Source: a virus (lineage: Duplodnaviria; Heunggongvirae; Uroviricota; Caudoviricetes). From it: a stretch of 30,675 bases of DNA. Shown one piece after another: positions 8,874-18,257 of the stretch (positions within the stretch are counted from its first letter, which is position 1; every line of letters starts with the position of its first letter). The stretch is taken from IMG/VR virus record IMGVR_UViG_2721755724_000001; one strand, given 5' to 3'. The translations under genes were made by a program, and so were the position numbers. The notes beneath the pieces are model-generated. The model was given only the letters and a program-made list of their open reading frames with translations, did not search any database and was not told where the DNA came from.

Positions 8874-9273
8874 CTGTTCTCCAATGACTAGTCTAAAAAC
8901 TAGTATTAAGACTATCACTTATTTAAGTGATATTGGTTGTCTGGAGATTCAGGGGGCCAGTCTATTGATCCGGACCTTATCTGGTCACTACCTGATGGAG
9001 AAATACGTCGCTACGACAGTCGTCTAAACATAATCTGTCGCGAGTGCCGGAAGAGCGAAGTTATGCAGCGCATACTGGCATTTTATCAGTGAAATTTTCG
9101 TTATTTATAGACGTAACTAGATTAAAGAGCATTAGTTCAGATGTGAATTGACATTTTCACGGCACAGGATTGAGCTAGCGTGGTTGTCTGCTTTGCGTCA
9201 AAAGCAGATATTACCAGATTTAGACATCTATTCCCGATAGCCCTGCTCTGATGCCACACTCTGTGCTATTTTC

Positions 9274-9735
9274 ATGACCCCAATAAAAATATTTATGACT
9301 ATTGCTGATTTCAAACGGCCTAAATTGGAGCTCCCAAACGGGGCAAACAAACTACTACTGCACTCTTGCTGTGCTCCATGTTCCGGTGAAGTGATGGAGG
9401 CGCTTCAGGCCTCGGGAATCGACTATACCATCTTTTTCTACAACCCGAACATTCATCCTCAGAAAGAGTATTTAATTCGTAAGGATGAGAATATTCGCTT
9501 TGCTGAACAACACGGCGTGCCATTTATTGATGCTGATTACGACACAGACAACTGGTTTGAACGTGCCAAAGGAATGGAATGGGAACCCGAGAGGGGGATC
9601 CGTTGTACCATGTGTTTTGACATGCGTTTTGAGCGGACAGCGCTGTACGCTGCTGAAAATGGTTTCAGTGTGATCAGCAGTTCACTGGGCATTTCACGCT
9701 GGAAAAATATGCAGCAGGTTACCGTCACTGGATAA
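9274..9735 (+). CDS. QueH-family (DUF208, epoxyqueuosine reductase-like) protein, short form
   Basis: 153-aa ORF with the family-typical [12 protein letters not shown] block plus FFYNPNIHP and RCTMCF motifs; ends after ...[13 protein letters not shown], shorter than the canonical enzymes as I recall them. Confidence 0.55.
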   Translation: MTPIKIFMTIADFKRPKLELPNGANKLLLHSCCAPCSGEVMEALQASGIDYTIFFYNPNIHPQKEYLIRKDENIRFAEQHGVPFIDADYDTDNWFERAKGMEWEPERGIRCTMCFDMRFERTALYAAENGFSVISSSLGISRWKNMQQVTVTG

Positions 9736-9810
9736 TCTCAGTCAGATTGCCTTACTCCGAACGCCCACCGCGTCCGTCCCGTACATTCCAGCAACGCATC
9801 TGGAGGTAAC

Positions 9811-10860
9811 GTGCGGGTATTACTTCAACCTGTTCTGGTACCGGAACTCGGGCTGGTGGTCGTTAAGCCGGGCCGTGAATCCATGCCGGTATTCCACAAT
9901 ACCCGGGTACTGGTGGAGCCGGAACCGAAAAGCATGCGTAATCTGCCGTCCGGGGTCGTTCCTGCCGTTCGCCAGCCGCTGGTGGAAGACAAAACATTGC
10001 TGCCGTTTTTCAGTAACGCACGGGTAATTCGTGCTGCTGGTGGTGCTGGTGCATTGTCTGACTGGCTGTTGCGCCATATTAAATCCTGCCAGTGGCCACA
10101 CGGCGATTATCATCACAGCGAAACCGTTATTCACCGTTATGGTACCGGCGCAATGGTGTTGTGCTGGCACTGCGACAACCAGCTGCGTGACCAGACATCC
10201 GAATCACTCGAGCAACTTGCTCATCAAAACCTGTCAGCATGGATGATTGACGTCATCGGTCACGCAATAAGCGGTACGCAGGAGCGTGAATTATCTCTGG
10301 CTGAATTATCCTGGTGGGCGGTCCGCAATCAGGTGGCGGACGCGCTACCGGAAGTGGTATTACGTCGCTCGCTGGGATTACCAGCGGAAAAAAACTGCTC
10401 GGTGTACCGCGAAAGCGACATCGTACCGGGAGAGCAGACCGCCACCAGCATATTGAAACAGCGCACAAAAAATCTTGCACCGTTGCCTCACGCCCACCAG
10501 CAACAAAACCCATCACAGGAAAAGACGGTGGTAAGCATCACCGTTGATCCAGAGTCTCCGGAATCTTTCATGAAGCTGCCTAAACGTCACCGTTGGGTTA
10601 AGGAGAAATACACACGCTGGGTTAAGACACAGCCGTGTGCTTGCTGCGGTATGCCAGCCGACGATCCGCATCATCTGATTGGTCACGGGCAGGGCGGAAT
10701 GGGAACCAAAGCACATGATCTCTTTGTGTTGCCTTTGTGCAGAAAGCATCACGACGAGTTGCATACGGATACCGTGGCATTTGAAGAGAAGTATGGCTCC
10801 CAACTGGAGCTGATTTTTCGATTTATCGATCGCGCGCTGGCAATTGGTGTGCTGGCCTAA
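9811..10860 (+). CDS. DUF968-family prophage protein (YdfU-like)
   Basis: 349-aa ORF, GTG start with GGAGG Shine-Dalgarno; Cys/His-rich C-terminus ([21 protein letters not shown]...CRKHHDELH); position just upstream of Q as in Qin. Confidence 0.75.
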   Translation: MRVLLQPVLVPELGLVVVKPGRESMPVFHNTRVLVEPEPKSMRNLPSGVVPAVRQPLVEDKTLLPFFSNARVIRAAGGAGALSDWLLRHIKSCQWPHGDYHHSETVIHRYGTGAMVLCWHCDNQLRDQTSESLEQLAHQNLSAWMIDVIGHAISGTQERELSLAELSWWAVRNQVADALPEVVLRRSLGLPAEKNCSVYRESDIVPGEQTATSILKQRTKNLAPLPHAHQQQNPSQEKTVVSITVDPESPESFMKLPKRHRWVKEKYTRWVKTQPCACCGMPADDPHHLIGHGQGGMGTKAHDLFVLPLCRKHHDELHTDTVAFEEKYGSQLELIFRFIDRALAIGVLA

Positions 10861-10877
10861 TTTTGTGGAGTAAGTTG

Positions 10878-11255
10878 ATGCGTGATATTCAGATGGTTCT
10901 TGAGCGTTGGGGGGCATGGGCGGCTAATAATCATGAAGATGTGACCTGGTCGTCCATTGCCGCCGGTTTTAAGGGATTAATTCCTTCAAAAGTAAGATCT
11001 CGTCCGCAATGCTGTGACGATGACGCGATGATCATTTGTGAATGTATGGCTCGCCTGAAAAAAAACAACAGCGATTTACATGATTTATTGGTGGACTATT
11101 ATGTCGGCGGCATGACTTTTATGGCGCTTGCACGTAAGCATGGGCGATCTGATTGTTGGGTTGGCAGGATGCTCCAGAAAGCTGAGGGCGTAGTGGAGGG
11201 CATGCTGATGGTGTTGGATCTCCGATTGGAGATGGATGCTGATTGTTCGAAATAA
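10878..11255 (+). CDS. Late-gene antiterminator Q (QuuD-type)
   Basis: 126-aa product [33 protein letters not shown]... closely matches the DLP12 QuuD antiterminator as recalled; GGAG Shine-Dalgarno upstream. Confidence 0.85.
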   Translation: MRDIQMVLERWGAWAANNHEDVTWSSIAAGFKGLIPSKVRSRPQCCDDDAMIICECMARLKKNNSDLHDLLVDYYVGGMTFMALARKHGRSDCWVGRMLQKAEGVVEGMLMVLDLRLEMDADCSK

Positions 11256-11289
11256 TTAAAGGAAAAGTTGCTGTCTGATTTTCATTAGT

Positions 11290-11353
11290 CTAACATTTTA
11301 AATGTTGGAATCGCAACGTAGTTATTATCATATAACAGCTTGTTTCCTGATTT
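11290..11353 (+). promoter_or_regulatory. Candidate late promoter (PR'-like) and Q-utilisation region
   Basis: TTGGAA...TATCAT/TCATAT promoter-like hexamers immediately after Q and before an intrinsic terminator; assignment by position and motif only. Confidence 0.3.
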
Positions 11354-11383
11354 AGCCAGCCTCCCCAAAGGCTGGTTTTTTTC
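11354..11383 (+). terminator. Rho-independent terminator (tR'-like)
   Basis: AGCCAGCC-TCCCCAAA-GGCTGG hairpin followed by a 7-T run. Confidence 0.6.
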
Positions 11384-11410
11384 TAATAAGTATCATTTCG
11401 GGTGGGGATT

Positions 11411-11935
11411 TTATTGTTTAACCCATAATAGTTCATTGACATTGAATCCCAACTTTTGAGCGGTACGCACATAGTCTGCTTTTACATTATCTGGAATAGT
11501 TTGGGTCCTTGCCAGAATCCATAGGTATTCTCTGTTCGGACCACTGACAAGAGCATACTTATACTCATCATCCAGTTTGATTACATTATAGCCACCATAG
11601 AAGGGGCCAAAAAACGAAACTTTCAACGCTGCAGTTTTAGTATCTCCAGTAAAGTATGCTTTACCTTCGCTCTCGCTCCATTTGTTTTTCGTTGGATCGT
11701 ATCCACGGTTAAGTACGCGAATCCCTCCGTCGTTCCGTTTTTCATAAGTAGCGCTGACCTGTTCCAGACCACGTTCGAACCAGTTCTCGAGGCGAGCTAT
11801 TTCATACCATTTTCCGAGGTAGCGGTTGGCGTCAAAATTTGTAATCGGCTGCACACCTTTAGGTGGTGTCGGGGCCTTACATGCTATAAGAGTGAAAGAG
11901 AGTGCAATGCCAGTCAACACAGGCCATAACTTCAT
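11411..11935 (-). CDS. blc: Bacterial lipocalin (Blc-family outer-membrane lipoprotein)
   Basis: 174-aa ORF with lipoprotein signal peptide (LIAC lipobox) and strong similarity to E. coli Blc throughout (NFDANRYLGKWYEIARLENWFERGLE..., KVSFFGPFYGGYNVI, YLWILART). Confidence 0.8.
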   Translation of the reverse strand: MKLWPVLTGIALSFTLIACKAPTPPKGVQPITNFDANRYLGKWYEIARLENWFERGLEQVSATYEKRNDGGIRVLNRGYDPTKNKWSESEGKAYFTGDTKTAALKVSFFGPFYGGYNVIKLDDEYKYALVSGPNREYLWILARTQTIPDNVKADYVRTAQKLGFNVNELLWVKQ

Positions 11936-12127
11936 AATAAATCCTGTACTTTTGATAGTTGAGAGTAAGTATGAAAGATAGATGAGTACGACCGATCACT
12001 TAAAGAACTTTCCTACTATATTAGGAATAGTCAATAACAGAAAAATTGTCAGTGATGAAGCCAGAAAGGCAATTTAGTCCGTGCACTACAAAGTTTATGT
12101 GTTAATGAATTAGTCAAGGGGGAGGAA

Positions 12128-13087
12128 ATGATAAAAAAACCTGTGATTGGGATCAGCGGTTGTTTGGGCGGTTCTGCTGTTCGTTTTGATGGTGGTCACA
12201 AAAGAGATGACTTTTTAATGGACAAATTAGTGGAATGGGTAACATTCAGACCAGTATGTCCGGAAATGGCTATAGGGCTGCCAGTTCCGCGTCCTGCTCT
12301 ACGACTTGTGCGCTCGAAGCAAGGAAATATACGGATGTGTTTCAGCCACGACCAGAATGAGGATGTGACAGAGAGAATGACAGAGTTTAGTCGTTCTTAT
12401 ATGGACAAATTAAAGGATGTATCGGGTTTTGTGGTTTGTGCTAAATCTCCCAGCTGTGGCATGGAGCGCGTGCGTGTCTATGATGAAAATGGTAATCGAG
12501 GTCGTAAAGATGGAGTGGGACTATTTACGAGCACTTTGATGGAAAAGTTTTCCTGGCTACCGGTTGAAGAGGATGGGCGATTACATGATCCAGTGCTTCG
12601 TGAGAATTTTATTGAAAGAGTTTTTGCTTTGCATGAGCTCAATCACCTTTACAAGGAGAAATTATCAAGAAGAGAGTTATTAGCTTTTCATAGTCGTTAT
12701 AAGCTTCAGTTGTTGGCGCATAGCCAGGCAGGCTATAAAGATATGGGACCATTTGTGGCTGCAATACACGAGTGGGCGGACCTTGAATCATACTTTGAGG
12801 TGTATCGTGATAATCTGATGGCGATTCTCAGAAAACCAGCATCACGTAAAAATCACACGAATGTGCTGATGCATATACAGGGGTATTTTAGTAATTACTT
12901 AAGTACACGCCAGCGTAAAGAGTTGAGCGAGGTTATACTTAACTATCGCTTTGGCACATTGCCTCTTCTTGCGCCGTTGACTCTGCTGAAGCATTATCTG
13001 GGTGAGTATCCTAATGATTACTTGCTTACACAGAATTACTTCGATCCCTATCCGGAAGAACTGGCTCTAAGACTGATGGTGAATTAA
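12128..13087 (+). CDS. Two-domain DUF523 (TudS-like thionucleobase desulfidase family) / DUF1722 (YbgA-like) protein
   Basis: 319-aa ORF with GGGGGAGG Shine-Dalgarno; N-terminal Cys triad (GISGCLGG, PVCPE, AKSPSCG) typical of DUF523 Fe-S proteins; C-terminal half resembles YbgA. Confidence 0.65.
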   Translation: MIKKPVIGISGCLGGSAVRFDGGHKRDDFLMDKLVEWVTFRPVCPEMAIGLPVPRPALRLVRSKQGNIRMCFSHDQNEDVTERMTEFSRSYMDKLKDVSGFVVCAKSPSCGMERVRVYDENGNRGRKDGVGLFTSTLMEKFSWLPVEEDGRLHDPVLRENFIERVFALHELNHLYKEKLSRRELLAFHSRYKLQLLAHSQAGYKDMGPFVAAIHEWADLESYFEVYRDNLMAILRKPASRKNHTNVLMHIQGYFSNYLSTRQRKELSEVILNYRFGTLPLLAPLTLLKHYLGEYPNDYLLTQNYFDPYPEELALRLMVN

Positions 13088-13385
13088 CTGTATGCGATAT
13101 CATCTGAAAGTGATGAGTTCCTGTATGCAGGATATTTACAATCGTAAAAACTACGCTATGATGCTCATAGTGTCAGTTTTTATAAAAATCCTGTTCACGC
13201 TAAAGAAAACATTGAGATGCAATTTAATGTTGGTAAACATACCAGCCCCAAAAGATTTTATTCAATCTGTTTTTATATGAAGATATTTCAAGTGAATATA
13301 AAGAGCATATAATATTATTATTGCACGCAGGGTGATGCTGCCAACTTACTGATTTAGTGTATGATGGTGTTTTTGAGGTGCTCCA

Positions 13386-13661
13386 GTGGCTTCTGTTTCT
13401 ATCAGCTGTCCCTCCTGTTCAGCTACTGACGGGGTGGTGCGTAACGGCAAAAGCACTGCCGGACATCAGCGCTATCTCTGCTCTCACTGCCGTAAAACAT
13501 GGCAACTGCAGTTCACTTACACCGCTTCTCAACCCGGTACGCACCAGAAAATCATTGATATGGCCATGAATGGCGTTGGATGCCGGGCAACTGCCCGCAT
13601 TATGGGCGTTGGCCTCAACACGATTTTACGTCACTTAAAAAACTCAGGCCGCAGTCGGTAA
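13386..13661 (+). CDS. insA: IS1 InsA
   Basis: 91-aa product [37 protein letters not shown]... matches IS1 InsA. Confidence 0.95.
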
Positions 13662-14084
13662 CCTCGCGCATACAACCGGGCAGCGATGTGATTGTCTGCG
13701 CTGAAATGGACGAACAGTGGGGCTACGTAGGTGCTAAATCACGTCAGCGCTGGCTGTTTTACGCGTATGACAGGATACGGAGGACGGTTGTGGCGCACGT
13801 CTTCGGTGAACGCACTCTGGCCACACTGGAGCGTCTTCTGAGCCTGCTGTCGGCCCTTTGACGTGGTGATATGGATGACGGATGGCTGGCCGCTGTATGA
13901 ATCCCGCCTGAAGGGAAAGCTGCACGTAATCAGCAAGCGATATACGCAGCGAATTGAGCGGCATAACCTGAATCTGAGGCAGCACCTGGCACGGCTGGGA
14001 CGGAAGTCGCTGTCGTTCTCAAAATCGGTGGAGCTGCATGACAAAGTCATCGGGCATTATCTGAACATAAAACACTATCAATAA
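13580..14084 (+). pseudogene. insB: IS1 insB, frameshifted
   Basis: InsB-homologous sequence is split into two frames around 13855-13865 (...LSLLSAL* then [15 protein letters not shown]...), consistent with a 1-bp insertion relative to canonical IS1. Confidence 0.75.
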
Positions 14085-14271
14085 GTTGGAGTCATTACCT
14101 GCACGCAGCTATTATAATATAACAGATTAGTTTAATGATTTGTTTTTTGTGAGTTAAACACATGGTTTTATAGTTGTGATGCAATGAGATTTTCCTTATT
14201 GTTGAACTGGCGAATATTGATTTTCCACCTATACTTACCTGGTGTAACCCCAATGATATCAGGTGGATAAT

Positions 14272-14985
14272 ATGCCATACATATGTTCTATCATTTTGGT
14301 GTTGAACTCGTTTGGTGTCCGAATTGGTAAAGAAGATATTTTGTTTAAAAAAGGAAATGCTGTCCTCATTGAATACAATTTAAAAGATCTTTTTTCGTCA
14401 AATACAGATCATCTAATGATCGTAGATATTGAGGAGAAAACAGTTAATGATTTCTTTAAAAACTACACACTCTCACCTTTTTCTGTAAGAAGGTTTTATC
14501 CGTCATACTTGATAGTAGAATGTGAAGATTTTTCATTGTTAAGGAACTTGGTTGCATGCTTGAATTGTGATAGCAAAACCGTGGATGTAGTTAGAAATCA
14601 AATATCACTTGCATGTCTTGCTGTCTTATCTTCAGAGAAAATAGTGCAAAGTTTTTTGTTCGGAAGTCTTAATAGCTTAGGTTGTAAAGTTAAGGCTATT
14701 ATTCACTCGGATATCTCAGCGTCATGGAGACTTTGTGATATATCTTCAAGATTATATATGAGCGAGAGTTTGTTAAAAAGAAAATTAAAAGACGAAGGAT
14801 TATCGTTTAGTAAATTAATTCTTGAAGAACGAATGATGATGGCGCAAAGATTATTGATCTACAGTAACCATACTGTCGGCAAGGTGGCGGGAATATGCGG
14901 GTATGACAATGCATCATATTTTGTAAGTGTTTTTAGAGGATATTTTGGTGTGCCTCCGCACCAATATTTATCAAGATTTTCTTAG
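14272..14985 (+). CDS. AraC-family transcriptional regulator (AppY/Rns-like)
   Basis: About 237 aa from the ATG at 14272 (AGGTGG Shine-Dalgarno); C-terminal AraC helix-turn-helix (AGICGYDNASYFVSVFRGYFGVPPHQY); visibly AT-rich gene. Confidence 0.8.
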   Translation: MPYICSIILVLNSFGVRIGKEDILFKKGNAVLIEYNLKDLFSSNTDHLMIVDIEEKTVNDFFKNYTLSPFSVRRFYPSYLIVECEDFSLLRNLVACLNCDSKTVDVVRNQISLACLAVLSSEKIVQSFLFGSLNSLGCKVKAIIHSDISASWRLCDISSRLYMSESLLKRKLKDEGLSFSKLILEERMMMAQRLLIYSNHTVGKVAGICGYDNASYFVSVFRGYFGVPPHQYLSRFS

Positions 14986-15052
14986 AAGATATGATGTGAT
15001 GGCATTTTATAAAGTTATTTTTTGAAGTGTAAGATTATACGATATTTTTAGC

Positions 15053-15086
15053 TACGCCAGAATAATTGCTGGCGTTTTTTTTTTTG
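15053..15086 (+). terminator. Rho-independent terminator after the AraC-like gene
   Basis: CGCCAG-AATAATT-GCTGGCG hairpin followed by an 11-T run. Confidence 0.6.
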
Positions 15087-15175
15087 AATAGATGTTCGGG
15101 CCTTACGCTAATGTAACTTCTTTCCTTCTTCGAACCAAACCGTGTACACCATCCGTTATCTGCGGAGGTGAGGCT

Positions 15176-15391
15176 ATGAAATCCATGGATAAGTTAACAA
15201 CGGGCATCGCCTACAGCACCTCTGCAGGCAGTGCTGGCTACTGGTTTTTACAGTTGCTCGATAAAGTCACGCCCTCACAGTGGGCGGCAATAGGTGTATT
15301 GGGTAGTCTGGTATTTGGCATGCTGACGTATCTGACAAACCTTTATTTCAAGATTAAAGAAGACAGGCGTAAGGTTGCGAGAAGAGAGTAA
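15176..15391 (+). CDS. Holin, S21-type pinholin
   Basis: 71-aa product [60 protein letters not shown]... closely matches phage 21 S; dual-start MKSM motif; GGAGGTGAGG Shine-Dalgarno. Confidence 0.85.
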   Translation: MKSMDKLTTGIAYSTSAGSAGYWFLQLLDKVTPSQWAAIGVLGSLVFGMLTYLTNLYFKIKEDRRKVARRE

Positions 15392-15395
15392 TCCA

Positions 15396-15947
15396 ATGAC
15401 TCAAGACTATGAACTGGTTGTGAAAGGAGTTCGCAATTTTGAGAATAAAGTGGCGGTAACTGTAGCCTTACGGGACAAAAAACACTTTGACGGTGAAATT
15501 TTTGACCTGGACATCTCGCTGGACCGTGTTGAAGGTGCCGCGCTGGAGTTTTATGAGGCAGCAGCCAGAAGGAGCATCAGACAGGTCTTCCTGGATGTTG
15601 CTGCCGGGTTATGTGAAGGGGATGAGCAGTCGCCGGAAAAGCGCCCCATAATTTTAGAGGCGCAGAATGTGTGGATAACCTACAAAGGAAAGCTACCGGG
15701 AAGAATTACTGGTTCTCTGAAGACGCCACCGACGGCATTGCGGTCAGAAAAAGATGATATTGAATCGCCCATTGAAAAACTGGAGGGCAGCGTCGCTGAT
15801 CTGAATAAAAAATTGTCGGTGCTGATTCCTTCTGAAGATGAAAAAAAACGCCGCGATGAGCAGTTTGCGGCGTTTTACGATTATTGCATTGAAGTTACTC
15901 GCAGGAATTTTGTGAAGATTTTTGAGGAGGGTAAATCTCTTCAGTAA
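15396..15947 (+). CDS. Hypothetical acidic protein (183 aa) between holin and endolysin
   Basis: ATG 5 nt after the holin stop; no transmembrane segment or lysozyme motifs evident; family not recognised. Confidence 0.5.
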   Translation: MTQDYELVVKGVRNFENKVAVTVALRDKKHFDGEIFDLDISLDRVEGAALEFYEAAARRSIRQVFLDVAAGLCEGDEQSPEKRPIILEAQNVWITYKGKLPGRITGSLKTPPTALRSEKDDIESPIEKLEGSVADLNKKLSVLIPSEDEKKRRDEQFAAFYDYCIEVTRRNFVKIFEEGKSLQ

Positions 15948-16155
15948 GCTTATTGGCGGACGCTGCAATTAATTCAGGAAGGTCCGCAAGGTCATCTGTC
16001 AGTGGATATGATGAAAAATCGGCGGCAGTTCTGTTAAGAAGCGCTTTAACTAATTCCTTTTCCTTCTCCGGCAACAAGTTGATTAGAGCTACGACTGCTT
16101 GCCTGAGTGCGATTAAATCAGCAAAAGTTTGTTTAGGTAGATTTGTGTAATCCAT
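15895..16155 (-). CDS. Hypothetical small acidic protein (86 aa), convergent with the preceding ORF
   Basis: ATG-initiated ORF with a weak Shine-Dalgarno; 3' end overlaps the 183-aa ORF by 53 bp; could be spurious. Confidence 0.3.
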   Translation of the reverse strand: MDYTNLPKQTFADLIALRQAVVALINLLPEKEKELVKALLNRTAADFSSYPLTDDLADLPELIAASANKLTEEIYPPQKSSQNSCE

Positions 16156-16268
16156 AGTCGCCTCTGTGTTTATCAGATTGACATCCTCCTCCCGCCAGTG
16201 CCCATCACTGGTGAGGTAAGATTTAACATATCCGGGGATTTGAAGCCGATAAATCCTGATAAATATCC

Positions 16269-17296
<1,028 letters not shown>

Positions 17297-17659
17297 ATTA
17301 ATATTAAATCGGATTATTTTTAGCGCTGAATGTGAAATTTAAATAAAAAGGACTCTTCCATGAGTCAAAATCCTTGAAATCTTAAGGGTAAGATAAAAGG
17401 TCATTAGACAGAATGACACGTTTTATTAATAAATAAAGCTATTGTTTCATTCGTGTGTTTTTCTTTACAAAAGTAATCCTTGCTATGGTTGGTTAATCAT
17501 GCGTTAATGGTGTTCTGGTTTGTTACAAAATTATCTGAAGCAGTCATTGTTATAATTTTATTATTTGTACCTCTTGAGATTTCCTTGTTGGTTTTTCTCT
17601 CTGATATTTTTTTTCGGACCATTCTGCCCAAGGGCTAACTTCTTCAAAAGGTAATAATG

Positions 17660-17872
17660 ATGTCTAACACAATGACTGGTTTAGTGAAATGGTTTAACCC
17701 TGAAAAAGGTTTTGGTTTCATCACGCCGAAAGATGGTAGCAAAGATGTGTTTGTCCATTTCTCAGCTATTCAGAGCAACGATTTCAAAACGTTAACTGAG
17801 AATCAGGAAGTCGAATTTGGTATTGAGAACGGACCTAAAGGCCCCGCGGCTGTTCATGTTGTGGCACTTTGA
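17660..17872 (+). CDS. cspI: Cold-shock protein, CspA family (CspI-like)
   Basis: 70-aa product [70 protein letters not shown]; preceded by a long AT-rich leader of about 350 bp. Confidence 0.85.
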   Translation: MSNTMTGLVKWFNPEKGFGFITPKDGSKDVFVHFSAIQSNDFKTLTENQEVEFGIENGPKGPAAVHVVAL

Positions 17873-18071
17873 GGTAGAAAATATTACAAACCATATTCAC
17901 TTTAGATGCCCGTGTTGCCATGGTTCTCAGTATAGAACATCATCTTTTGATGTTTCTGACAGGAATCCTTTCGGGGCAAAATGTATCTTTTGTAAATCAA
18001 TGATGATTACATTTGATAATATTTCACAATACTTAAATGTTAGCCGTCTATCGTTAGATTTAAGAAAGTGA
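17856..18071 (+). CDS. Small Cys-rich protein in the ynfN position (possible zinc ribbon)
   Basis: Frame encoding ...[41 protein letters not shown]...; start uncertain; position after cspI matches Qin gene order. Confidence 0.4.
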   Translation: MLWHFEVENITNHIHFRCPCCHGSQYRTSSFDVSDRNPFGAKCIFCKSMMITFDNISQYLNVSRLSLDLRK

Positions 18072-18076
18072 AAATG

Positions 18077-18100
18077 AAGGCTCCTTCGGGAGCTTTTTTG
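18077..18100 (+). terminator. Rho-independent terminator
   Basis: GGCTCC-TTCG-GGAGC hairpin followed by a 6-T run. Confidence 0.55.
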
Positions 18101-18257
18101 CTTAGTGTCTAGTCGATGGATACTCACATATTACGGTAACATTATGAAAAAAATAATAGTTTTTTTAACTCTGAACCAGCAATGGTAGTGCCAGTGATGA
18201 CCGGAGTTAACACCATCATGCGTGAATTGATCCTACCCACGTAATATGGACACAGGC

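Larger units (their letters stand above)
7634..8964 (-). mobile_element. IS2 (copy 1), 1331 bp, flanked by 5-bp target-site duplication TTGAT
   Basis: Terminal sequences TGGATTTGCCCCTATATTTCCAGACATCTG... and ...CTGGAGATTCAGGGGGCCAGTCTA match IS2 ends; TTGAT at 7629-7633 and 8965-8969. Confidence 0.95.
7358..9092 (+). pseudogene. Hypothetical phage gene (about 132 codons when restored) interrupted by IS2
   Basis: GTG start with AAGGAGGA Shine-Dalgarno; frame runs 7358-7633, is broken by IS2 at 7634-8964, and resumes in frame at 8965 to a TGA at 9090-9092 once one copy of the duplication is removed. Confidence 0.55.
13331..14099 (+). mobile_element. IS1 variant, 769 bp, flanked by 9-bp target-site duplication TGCACGCAG
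   Basis: Ends GGTGATGCTGCCAACTTACTGAT... and ...GTTGGAGTCATTACC match IS1; TGCACGCAG at 13322-13330 and 14100-14108; one base longer than the canonical 768 bp. Confidence 0.95.

Noticed and set aside
9186-9210. 8-bp inverted repeat TCTGCTTT...AAAGCAGA upstream of the QueH-family ORF
   Set aside because: Not followed by a T-run, so not a convincing intrinsic terminator; could be a protein-binding site but there is no supporting evidence.
10253-10917. Minus-strand ORFs of 87 and 134 aa
   Set aside because: Antisense to the DUF968 and Q genes, which have strong family support and proper start signals.
13092-13280. 62-aa ORF between the DUF523/DUF1722 gene and IS1
   Set aside because: AT-rich intergenic sequence, hydrophobic low-complexity translation, no Shine-Dalgarno sequence.
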